DNA of 32,441 nucleotides, taken from contig CM082583.2 of the NCBI GenBank assembly GCA_040954595.2, positions 1-32,441 of the forward strand, written 5' to 3'. Source of the DNA: Balanoglossus misakiensis. Taxonomy: Eukaryota > Animalia > Hemichordata. Every line of letters starts with the position of its first letter. Position 1 is the stretch's first letter. The notes under the pieces are model-generated. The model searched no databases and was not told the origin of the DNA. It saw nothing but the letters and a program-made list of their open reading frames with translations. Below are positions 1 through 8,544 of the stretch, piece after piece. The translations under genes and the position numbers were made by a program.

Positions 1-382
1 CCCTGATCATATATGACATGTTGATTGTATGTTAAAACTTTCGACCACTCCAAAAATGCAGAGATATTGACGGAATTCAAGAAAAAATAGCCATTTTGGC
101 CATATTTTGACAAAAATGGTAAATTTTTAAAAAATCATAAAAAATTAACTATTTTCTTCATTTTCGGAAATATTATGGAGCATGAAGTGTCGTTCTCTTG
201 TAAAAAGTGCTGCAAATTCCAGAAAAGGTGGTATAATTTGAATCACCCAAGACAAAATTACCATTTTCGACTTTTTTTCGAAAAATTGTCTTTTTAACAA
301 AATAAATAAGAATAAATTCTTTTCTTAGTTTCAAACGGGAGGAGATACTTTCCACACGGGTTTTCTAACATTGAATTCCCGT

Positions 383-1268
383 TCATCAACTCAGATTTCC
401 TACAGCATAAGTCGGCTAAAACCCTGACACTCTAGAGCAGAAACAGTTGCACACTGGTAACGTTGAACAAGTCGATTTTTCTACGGCCTGGCTCGGCTAA
501 ATCTCCGTCACAATATGACAGACACTAGCGTACGTTAGCAACGGTGATCAAGTCAGATTTTCTACGGCATGGCTTGGATAAAGCCCCGGCACTCTAGAGC
601 AGAAACACGCGTACAGAGACCACGTTGATGAAGTCTGATCTCCTACGGCTTGGCTCGACTAAAACCCCGGCACACTATGACAGACACTATCGTACGTTAG
701 CAACGGTGATCAAGTCAGATTTTCTACGGCATGGCTTGGATAAAGCCCCGGCACTCTAGAGCAGAAACACGCGTACAGAGACCACGTTGATCTACTCCCA
801 TTTCCTTCGGCCTGGCACGGCTGATGCCCCGGCACTATATATAGGACACAGACTGGCGTAAGTTAACAACGGTAATCACGTCGGGTTTCCTACGGCCTGG
901 CTCAGCTGAAGCCCCGGCACTCTAGAGCAGAAACAGGCGTACATTGACCACGTTGATCAAGTCAGATTTCCTACGGCGTGATTCGGCTGGTGCACCGGCT
1001 CTATATGACACAGACTGGCGTAAGTTATCAACGGTGATTACGTCGGATTTCCTACGGCATGGTTTAGCTGAAGCCCCGGCACTTTAGAGCGGAAACACGC
1101 GTACATTGACCACGATGATCAAGTCAGATCTCCTACGGCCTGGCTCGACTAAAACCCCGGCACACCATGACAGACACTAGCGTTCGTTAGCAACGGTGAT
1201 CAAGTCGGATTTCCTTCGGCCTGGCTCTGCAAAAGACCCGACACATTAGTACAAAGACGTTGGCTAAG
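383..1268. repeat. Array of 11 x 81-bp subunits alternating A/B (monomer M1)
   Basis: The ct(a/t)c(g/a)gc anchor falls at 400, 481, 562, 643, 724, 805, 890, 971, 1052, 1133 and 1214, i.e. 81-bp steps with one 85-bp step. A units carry ctctagagcagaaac; B units carry atgacagacactagcg or gacacagactggcg. Confidence 0.95.
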
Positions 1269-1499
1269 TCGGGCAAACCGAAGAGGGAAAGTCACAGCGG
1301 GTCAACACTCGACATTTGTTCGGGTAGGACTGCATTATTGCCTGTCAATTTATAGAGAAAGCCCGAATTTAACCAGGGCGTTTCAAACACCGACGTTATT
1401 TGGGGGCACGGCCTGCAGTACTGCCGGGTAAGCTGACATCGGCGTACCGCATATAATGTAGGGGGGGGGGGGGACAGAACGGTTCAATACTACATTTAT

Positions 1500-2187
1500 T
1501 AGATATCAGCTAATTTTGGACAATCATCTAAAATCTAAATCATTTTTTCATATTTGGATATCTGATGATGTATGAAATTTTCAATATATGTAAAAATGGT
1601 GCTGATTATAAAAAATGCACTCTGAATGAGCTGATTTAATACAAAATTGCGTTTTATTCGTTTTTGCACCAAAAAGGTCATTTTTAGGCAAAACATTCTT
1701 TATTTTTTTAATTCGGTGGCCTGATCATATATAAGCAATTGCTTGCATGTTAAAAGTTTTTATGACTTTTAAAAGCAGTGACACTGGCGGCATTCAACAC
1801 GAAAATAACAATTTTAACCACAATTTGGTCAAAATGGTAAATTTTTGAAAATTACAAAAAATACCTGTTTTCTACATTTTCGGAAATCTGATGGAGTATA
1901 GAATGCTCTTCGTATATATATATCGATACAAATTCCACAAAAGACCGTCTAATTTGGCTCACTGCAGACAAAATTGCGTTTTACCAAATTTTCCTTGAAA
2001 ATGTCATTTTTAGAAAAATAAAATAAAAAAACCTTCGTTCTTCGAATTTGGTGCCCTGATCATATATGACATGTTGATTGTATGTTAAAACTTTCGACCA
2101 CTCCAAAAATGCAGAGATATTGACGGAATTCAAGAAAAAATAGCCATTTTGGCCATATTTTGACAAAATGGTACATTTTTAAAAAAT
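1500..2187. repeat. AT-rich block of degenerate ~165-bp subunits (~330-bp dimer), present in every monomer
   Basis: ctgat anchors at 1562, 1721, 1888 and 2056, alternating ggaaatctgatgg-type and ggtgncctgatcatatat-type. caaaattgcgtttta recurs about 327 bp apart. Confidence 0.8.
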
Positions 2188-2829
2188 TGTCACGGTTGTC
2201 GCCCTTCATTCCAACATATTCACACCAAACAGGTTACGGTTAACAAAGACATAGGCCTTACATTTAATAACTGAAATGGAACAAATACATGTCAGTTCCA
2301 ACGTGTGTGGCCGGTCTGGCTACAGAGGTGAACTGCTAAATTACACACATGTATGGGAGTTCACCTCCAACAGAATACACCAAAATTCATGCAAGTGAAA
2401 AATATAGACATACAATTGGAAAATTGACGCAAGTTAAAGACACCAATTACTTGTGCTGAAATGAGTCGGTAGAATGCACCAAAATACAAAGCTTCAAGCA
2501 ACAGGTAAGGTACAAGGAAACTAACCTGAAATGGAACAAATACATGTCAGTTCCAACGTGTGTGGCCGGTCTGGCTACAGAGGTGAACTGACCAATTTTA
2601 TGCACCATGTCCTTTTATATCAGCAATTACATCATAGTGCCAGATTAGCTTGTGTTCATTGGTCAAATGAAACTTCCAGGTGGTTTGCATATAATTAAGA
2701 CCAACCAATTGAAGGTAAGTACTATTACGTCATATGAATAATTGAATAACTAATTACTATAAGATACAGGTATAACATACATACAGATATACATGTATAC
2801 AAATTCAATGGATCAACAAGGCCGTTACA
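2188..2829 (-). repeat. 3' LTR of the Gypsy element
   Basis: Direct repeat of 9624-10265 with one visible mismatch (C2204 vs G9640). Terminal inverted repeat TGT(C/A)ACGG, 7/8 match. Confidence 0.97.
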
Positions 2830-2840
2830 CGCACCCCTGC
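2830..2840 (-). other. Probable (imperfect) polypurine tract of the Gypsy element
   Basis: GCAGGGGTGCG directly precedes the 3' LTR on the minus strand. The position is right, but the tract is not purely purine. Confidence 0.45.
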
Positions 2841-2888
2841 GAGGAGAAATGGCGTCCTCGTCATTTAAAGTAAGTTAAAGATATTTGA

Positions 2889-5800
2889 TTAATAGTGGCA
2901 ATTAATAAATGGTATAGAAGATAAAGTCGTATGAGCAAACTGTTTTAGATTCCATTGTTCGGGACTATATCTATCTGGAGGTCGTCTCTGTCGTGTAGGA
3001 TAGCGTGGTTCAGGTTGAGTACTACTACTGGAGTCAGGACTGATGTTGGTTGTAGCAGGAGTGATACCATCTGGATCGCTCGATGACCAACCATCCGTAC
3101 TTTGCAAAATATGATTCGAGAAATCTGAGGTAAGTACTTGAGAAGGTCCATCCGGATTAACCATACTTGTGGGGTTGTCCATCAGGGAACTTTCTCTTCT
3201 GGATGGGATGAATTCTGCAGCAGTAGGATTAAGAGCATTGTGTTCTGTTGGCAAGTTGATAGTTGACACGAATTGCAATTTACCAATGCCGTCATCATCT
3301 TCGTCCACTGCATCCTGGGTAGCATCGTTGATAACACCCGGTACACTCTGCTTAACATCACGCTGCGTCATCTTGGTGTTAACATCGTCATCCAGTTCGT
3401 CCGGAATTATTGGTATTGGGAGTAGCAAATTTCTATGTAGTGTCCGCTTCCTTCCACCCTTAACTTGTTTTTGTACCACGTATACTGGAATGTCTTCTAT
3501 GGGCTGTGAAATCACTGTATATGGATCCTTTTCCCATTGGTCTGCCAATTTGTAATTGTCTTTAGGTCCTGTATTCTTCACCAACACAGTATCACCAGGT
3601 TGTATTATGGCCACCTTCACTTTTCTATCATATGACTTCTTCTGCCGTTCACCAGACTTAACAGACCGTTCCGTTGCTACTTTATAGGCGTAATCCAACC
3701 GTTCGGCAAGTTTCGTCACATAATCTGAAACTGTTCCACCATATTCTAGGTTGGTCTGGTCTGCATGTCCGGATACATCTATAGGCAGTCTTGGTTCACG
3801 ACCAAACATCAAAAAGAAAGGTGAATATCCGGTGCTTTCATGCTTTGTAGAATTATAGGCATGAACCATCGTATTGACATGTGAAGCCCATCTTGTCTTG
3901 TTGTCTTCATTCATAGTTCCAAGCATCTGTAATAACGTCTTATTAAATCGTTCGCACATTCCATTTCCCTGGGGGTGGTATGGAGTGGTCCTGGACTTCT
4001 TAATATTTGCTATTCGGCAAAGTTCCTGAATTGTAGACGACTCAAAGTTTCGCCCCTGGTCACTGTGTAATCGTCCTGGGAACCCATAATGCAAGATCAA
4101 ATGTTCAAACAATGCTTTGGCAGTTGTTTTGGCAGACTGGTTCTTTGTAGGTACTGCTATAGCGTATAGAGTGAAATGGTCCGTCATCACTAATATGTTG
4201 CTATATCCTTGATCTGGTGTTGGTATATGGAGAAAGTCGATGCACACCATTTCCATCGGTTGTGATGTGTGAATATTAACCAAGGGAGTTCTGGGTAAGG
4301 AAGTTGAACTTTTCCTGCGAATGCATGGTAAACAATGTTCCACTTTCTTTTGAACATCCATCGACATCCTAGGCCAGTAGAATCTTCGTCGTACCAGATC
4401 CAGGGTTTTATCTTGGCCAAAGTGTCCAAGTTTATCATGTAGTTCCTCCAGGACATCTTTTCTATGGTGTACTGGTAAGACAAGTTGCAAATATTGTATA
4501 TCATCGATGAAGCATTTCCTGTATAGGACTCCATTCTTCAGAACGAGGCGTTTCCAATCTCGTATAAGTAGTCTGATATCTCCTGTATGATCTCTCATAA
4601 GTGGTTTGTGGTCCTTTTCAAGCTGATCAGTCACATACCGTATTGTTGAATCTTTGGACTGCTCCGTCTTCCAGAACACATCATCCCCACCTTGAACTAC
4701 TGCAGGTCTGTCCTCATCTGCTACCATTCCGAATGAAGTTACGTATGGACCTTCTGTTGCTCGACAAAGCGCCTGGACTACATCGGCTCCCAGATTGGTT
4801 TCCGTCTCTGGATTCTCTCTATTCCATGGAATCCTAGACAAAGCGTCAGCCTCTATATTCTTCTTACCACTCCGGTAAACAATAGAGAAGTCGTACAATG
4901 ACAAGTCTGACAACCATCTGTGTCCCACCGCATCCAGTTTCGCAGAAGTTAACACATACGTCAAAGGGTTGTTGTCTGTAAACACAGTGAATTTGCTTCC
5001 ATACAGGTAGTCGTTGAACTTCTTGGTGACGGCCCATTTCAGTGCCAAAAATTCTAATTTATGAGCTGGATAATTACTTTCAGACTTGGTGAGTCCTCTA
5101 CTTGCATAGGCAATTACTCTGAGAATACCTTTCTGGCGTTGATACAGCACTGCTCCCAGACCTGTGGAACTTGCATCAGTATGTATTTCAAATGGAAGTG
5201 AGTAGTCAGCAAAGGCTAGTATTGGTGACGACATTAGGCTCTTCCTCAGAGTGTCGAAAGCTTGTTGTTCCTGTTGTCCCCACTGGAGTTTTTCAAATTT
5301 TCCCGCCTTATTCCTTGACTGACGTCCACACAGCAAGTCGTTAAGTGGCTTGGCAATATTACTGTAGCTTTGGATAAATCTCCTGTAATACCCTGCAAAT
5401 CCAAGAAATCTTCTCAGTTCTGTTACAGTAGTGGGTATTGGCCATTCCTTCAGAGCTGCTACCTTGTCTGGGTCCGTTGTAATTCCGTCGGCTGATACCA
5501 CGTGTCCAAGATATTTCACCTTCTTCTGGAATAAAACACATTTCGTTGCCTTCAACTTTAATCCATGTGATGCCAGCCGCTGGAATACCCGCTCCAATCT
5601 ATTGAGGTGGTCTTCAAAAGTCTTCGAAAATACTATGATGTCATCTAAATACACACAACATTCTCTGAACGCCAATTCTCCAAAACACTTCTCCATGAGA
5701 CGCTGGAAAGTTGCAGGTGCGTTGGTCAGACCCATAGACATACGGTTGAATTCAAATAAGCCGAAGTTTCCCACCGTGAAAGCTGTCTTCGCTTTGTCGT

Positions 5801-7148
5801 CTTCCGCCATCTCTACTTGGTAATATCCAGACCGTAGATCAAGCGATGAAAACCACTCGGCGTTACTAAGGTTATCAAGCGTATCCAATACCCGGGGTAA
5901 TGCGTAAGCGTCTTTAATGGTTTTGGCGTTGAGACGTCTATAATCAATACACACCCTCAGCTTCCCATCAGGTTTTCTGACACATACAACATTTGAGGAC
6001 CACGGGCTGTTTGATTCTCTAATCACACCACTCTGTAGCATATCTTGCAGGTACTGTTGCAATTCTTCGTACATACCCATAGGGATTCGACGGTATTTAT
6101 CTTTAAAGGGGGTTTCATCCGTTAACTTTATCGAATGTGTTACCAATGTTGTGTGTCCCAAATCTCTCTCACCTGTAGAGAACACGGTTTGCCATTTACC
6201 AATGGTAGCCAAGGCTTGGTCTTTCTGGATTTCTGTTAATTCTGTATCTGCCTCTTGTAATCCCAGGTCTTTTATCAGCCAATCGGGTACTTTTGGTGAG
6301 GTGGTCCCATCTGAGTTTGTATCAATATCATCTCCATATGGATCTAAAGGCTGTGAGACATTAGATGCTAAGTTCATGCTACATAGGGTGCTTTTAGGGG
6401 GAACTGTGACAGCACGTGCTCCATAGTTGGTCACCATTACTGGGATTCGACACGAATTACCACGAGGCTCTAACTTCAACACGGCTGGAGTAACAAGTAA
6501 ACCACCAGGTAAAAGTCTGTCATTTTCTGGTTCCACCACAACTACTGATTGACAATTTCTTAGGTCCACTCTGCAAAATCCATGGATGACTGTGCGTTCG
6601 TATGGTCCAATGGTTGTGGGTTTAGTAGTGGTAACTGTAAATGTCCTACCTTCGGCCCTCTGCCGGTGGATAGTCGCTTGGTATGCTAGTCTCCATACTG
6701 AGGATAGGTCTGTACTGTACTGTGTATCTTCATCCACAAAATGTTGGAGAACATTTGTGCCTATCACAACTGGAACCATCTGATTATATTCCGTGTCTTC
6801 AACAACAAGCAATAATATATCTTTAGACATCTCTTGTCCATGGCTATCTGGGAATTTCACTTCAACTTCAATATAACCAAGGTAAGGAACTTCTGTACCA
6901 CTAGCCCCTTCTACCTTCACCAAGTTGTTCAGGTCATGAATTGGTTTCTGTAGCTTCTCTCTGTTAAAAGTGTCAGCAACAGTAGATACCATGGACCCGG
7001 TGTCTATCAGCGCAATACACGAGGATCCTTCCAACACAATCTCAGTTTCATTGGCGTGGCCTATTAAAGAATCAATAACATTAGAGGGACTGTTACCGTT
7101 CCGACCTAGCGCATGTCCCTCCGGATGCCTGGTCGCTCCCCATTTAAA
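2889..7148 (-). CDS. pol: Gypsy Pol polyprotein (aspartic protease, reverse transcriptase, RNase H, DDE integrase), entered by -1 frameshift
   Basis: 1382-aa ORF whose frame stays open up to the slippery site. Motifs: LIDTGS (PR); SPWSS, LRVCIDYR, YLDD (RT); TDASSTGLGAVL, LEFLAL, TDNNPL (RH); H-x4-H...CLPC zinc domain, IDF, SDQG, CERFN (IN). Confidence 0.96.
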   Translation of the reverse strand, partial: FKWGATRHPEGHALGRNGNSPSNVIDSLIGHANETEIVLEGSSCIALIDTGSMVSTVADTFNREKLQKPIHDLNNLVKVEGASGTEVPYLGYIEVEVKFPDSHGQEMSKDILLLVVEDTEYNQMVPVVIGTNVLQHFVDEDTQYSTDLSSVWRLAYQATIHRQRAEGRTFTVTTTKPTTIGPYERTVIHGFCRVDLRNCQSVVVVEPENDRLLPGGLLVTPAVLKLEPRGNSCRIPVMVTNYGARAVTVPPKSTLCSMNLASNVSQPLDPYGDDIDTNSDGTTSPKVPDWLIKDLGLQEADTELTEIQKDQALATIGKWQTVFSTGERDLGHTTLVTHSIKLTDETPFKDKYRRIPMGMYEELQQYLQDMLQSGVIRESNSPWSSNVVCVRKPDGKLRVCIDYRRLNAKTIKDAYALPRVLDTLDNLSNAEWFSSLDLRSGYYQVEMAEDDKAKTAFTVGNFGLFEFNRMSMGLTNAPATFQRLMEKCFGELAFRECCVYLDDIIVFSKTFEDHLNRLERVFQRLASHGLKLKATKCVLFQKKVKYLGHVVSADGITTDPDKVAALKEWPIPTTVTELRRFLGFAGYYRRFIQSYSNIAKPLNDLLCGRQSRNKAGKFEKLQWGQQEQQAFDTLRKSLMSSPILAFADYSLPFEIHTDASSTGLGAVLYQRQKGILRVIAYASRGLTKSESNYPAHKLEFLALKWAVTKKFNDYLYGSKFTVFTDNNPLTYVLTSAKLDAVGHRWLSDLSLYDFSIVYRSGKKNIEADALSRIPWNRENPETETNLGADVVQALCRATEGPYVTSFGMVADEDRPAVVQGGDDVFWKTEQSKDSTIRYVTDQLEKDHKPLMRDHTGDIRLLIRDWKRLVLKNGVLYRKCFIDDIQYLQLVLPVHHRKDVLEELHDKLGHFGQDKTLDLVRRRFYWPRMSMDVQKKVEHCLPCIRRKSSTSLPRTPLVNIHTSQPMEMVCIDFLHIPTPDQGYSNILVMTDHFTLYAIAVPTKNQSAKTTAKALFEHLILHYGFPGRLHSDQGRNFESSTIQELCRIANIKKSRTTPYHPQGNGMCERFNKTLLQMLGTMNEDNKTRWASHVNTMVHAYNSTKHESTGYSPFFLMFGREPRLPIDVSGHADQTNLEYGGTVSDYVTKLAERLDYAYKVATERSVKSGERQKKSYDRKVKVAIIQPGDTVLVKNTGPKDNYKLADQWEKDPYTVISQPIEDIPVYVVQKQVKGGRKRTLHRNLLLPIPIIPDELDDDVNTKMTQRDVKQSVPGVINDATQDAVDEDDDGIGKLQFVSTINLPTEHNALNPTAAEFIPSRRESSLMDNPTSMVNPDGPSQVLTSDFSNHILQSTDGWSSSDPDGITPATTNISPDSSSSTQPEPRYPTRQRRPPDRYSPEQWNLKQFAHTTLSSIPFINCHY
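7102..7148 (-). other. -1 programmed ribosomal frameshift signal (U UUA AAU plus downstream stem-loop)
   Basis: Heptamer TTTAAAT (7148-7142) is in gag phase (CCT TTA AAT), followed by a 6-nt spacer and the hairpin CGACC-AG-GCAT...ATGC-GCT-A-GGTCG (7135-7102). The -1 frame reads without stops into LEGSSCIALIDTG. Confidence 0.85.
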
Positions 7149-7684
7149 GGACGGTCTGTCTTTTTGTGTCCATGTTCACCACACTTGAAGCAGTTGCCTG
7201 GGAAAACTTGTTTGGGTTGGCGAGTTCCATCGTTGCCACGCCGATCCCGGCCATTTTCATTGTTGACACGTCGGCGAAAAGTAGACTCTGGAGTTGATGA
7301 TGTTGAAGTTCGCTTCTCTAGTTCAGCAACCTTCTCAGCTAAGTTCTTCAGACCTTTGGTAAGTTCCTCCAATTTGGTTATCATCGTCTTGTCAGCAACA
7401 GTTGCTTGGTGAACCCTGGTAGTGGTCTCCCTATTTACTTCAAGCTTTCTTGCGGCTAGCAACAATCCTGAATAATCTTCTCCCGTATCATATCGGTGTC
7501 TGATTGCATTCTTAATGTGCTCATCTGACAGGCCAGAAAAGAATTTGGTTCGAAGCATGGTTTCTTCTGAATTACTAGAGATGGACTGACCTGATCTGAG
7601 TTCATCCAAAAGTCCTTCGATGCGACAGGCCCATTCTGCTACCTTTTCTGTCTTCGTTTGTCGTGCTGTATAGAATTTTTCCAA
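7106..7684 (-). CDS. gag: Gag C-terminal half (capsid CTD, coiled coil, degenerate zinc knuckle)
   Basis: FYTARQTKTEKVAEWACRIE is MHR-like, followed by LRTKFFSGL. The knuckle CFKCGEHGHKKTDR has Arg in place of the final Cys. The ORF starts at TTG and is out of frame with the N-terminal half. Confidence 0.88.
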   Translation of the reverse strand: MEKFYTARQTKTEKVAEWACRIEGLLDELRSGQSISSNSEETMLRTKFFSGLSDEHIKNAIRHRYDTGEDYSGLLLAARKLEVNRETTTRVHQATVADKTMITKLEELTKGLKNLAEKVAELEKRTSTSSTPESTFRRRVNNENGRDRRGNDGTRQPKQVFPGNCFKCGEHGHKKTDRPLNGERPGIRRDMR

Positions 7685-8544
7685 ACTGCTTCCGGTGGCA
7701 ATACTTTCCCAAAGACCATGTCCATCTTCGCCATCAATCGGGACACTGTGATGTCTTCTTCCATATGTAGTAGGATTTCAGCAGCGGACGCTCGTAGGGA
7801 TTTCCGAACAGCCTGCATAATTATGGTCTCCGGAAACACATTCTCCCTCTGTAGTGCTCGAACTTCATATCGCCACATTTCATAAGTGACATCACCTTTG
7901 CCAGAGAAGACGACTATTCTTGGGAATTCCACCGAATGAAAAGCAGTAGTGGCTGTGGCTGGCTGTGCAGCAGCTGCTTGGGCAGGTGAAGACATAATAA
8001 ATGGTGAAGAATCTGCAACTGAAGTTGGTACTGGAAATGCTGGAAATGGAATCGGCTGTGGCATAGGGGTTGATACGATTGGTTTCAGTGGAGCAGGTGA
8101 TATGGCCTGTGCAACCGCTTTCCTATCTGCTTCAGACAGTAAACTCAACATGTTAATAATTTCCTGTACATCTGCTTTGGGTTTGGATGTCTTGGGATCA
8201 CTGGTTTCATTGTAATCTAGGCCAGTACTTTGTTCGGTTTCCTCAATTAAATGCCACAGTTCCAACCCTCGGGCTGTGGTCACACGACTTGCCCGTAATT
8301 TGCTTTCTTCAAAAGTGCTTTTATGTATTACTGGCAGAGCGGCTGTGGCTGATTCTATATTCTCAAATATGACAAAAGCGGAATCTTTATCAGAAATATA
8401 AATTTGATCAACCTGGGCCAAACCTAGCTGTAACTCGATAAATTCACTAAAAGTTTTCTTTGTACATTCAAAAGGCAAGTGTTGCACATAAATGCTTCGC
8501 TCTTGAATTGATATTTTGGACACAGCCATTCTTTTTTTTCCCAT
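7639..8544 (-). CDS. gag: Gag N-terminal half (RRM-like domain, Pro/Ala linker, PNMA-like capsid NTD), separated from the C-half by a 1-nt frameshift
   Basis: PRIVVFSG..YEMWRYEV..SLRASAAEIL..VFG is typical of PNMA/Gypsy capsid. First ATG is at 8544, second at 8529. The ORF track's start at 8601 is a TTG. Confidence 0.88.
   Translation of the reverse strand: MGKKRMAVSKISIQERSIYVQHLPFECTKKTFSEFIELQLGLAQVDQIYISDKDSAFVIFENIESATAALPVIHKSTFEESKLRASRVTTARGLELWHLIEETEQSTGLDYNETSDPKTSKPKADVQEIINMLSLLSEADRKAVAQAISPAPLKPIVSTPMPQPIPFPAFPVPTSVADSSPFIMSSPAQAAAAQPATATTAFHSVEFPRIVVFSGKGDVTYEMWRYEVRALQRENVFPETIIMQAVRKSLRASAAEILLHMEEDITVSRLMAKMDMVFGKVLPPEAVWKNSIQHDKRRQKR

Larger units (their letters stand above)
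1..2187. repeat. ~2.05-kb tandem macrosatellite, left segment
   Basis: The anchor c(t/c)gatcatatatgacatg recurs at about 3, 2056, 12190, 14241, 23079, 25618, 27506, 29564 and 31617. After removing the two LTR elements and their TSDs, the periods are about 2053, 2052, 2051, 2347, 2539, 1888, 2058 and 2053 bp. Confidence 0.97.

Noticed and set aside
173-355. Recurrent short ORFs in the AT block (MESIS..., MSKYGQ..., MCCRK...)
   Set aside because: They are by-products of the repeat: non-ATG starts, F/K-rich, and broken by homopolymer indels in different monomers.
940-980. 5S rRNA-like words (cctacggc, accacgttga)
   Set aside because: They occur in the wrong order and spacing, with no 5S internal control region or 120-nt gene.
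383-1268. 81-bp (27-codon) units as a protein repeat (IKSDFLR.G..K.PA frame)
   Set aside because: Most units have an in-frame TAG, the 85-bp unit shifts frame, variation affects all codon positions, and the retroelement ORFs use TAG/TAA as stops.
383-1268. CRISPR-like array
   Set aside because: Whole units are homologous with no unique spacers, there are no cas genes, and the context is eukaryotic.
1425-1520. Spliced-leader/snRNA gene (GGTAAG donor plus AATTTTGG Sm-like site)
   Set aside because: A variable poly-G run lies between them, and similar T-rich words recur throughout the AT block.
2830-2888. env-like third ORF in either element
   Set aside because: Pol ends 59 bp (Gypsy) and 44 bp (BEL) from the 3' LTR, leaving no room.
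3169-8215. Plus-strand ORFs opposite gag/pol (likewise those at 16676-22067)
   Set aside because: Antisense shadows of long coding frames with no recognisable domains.
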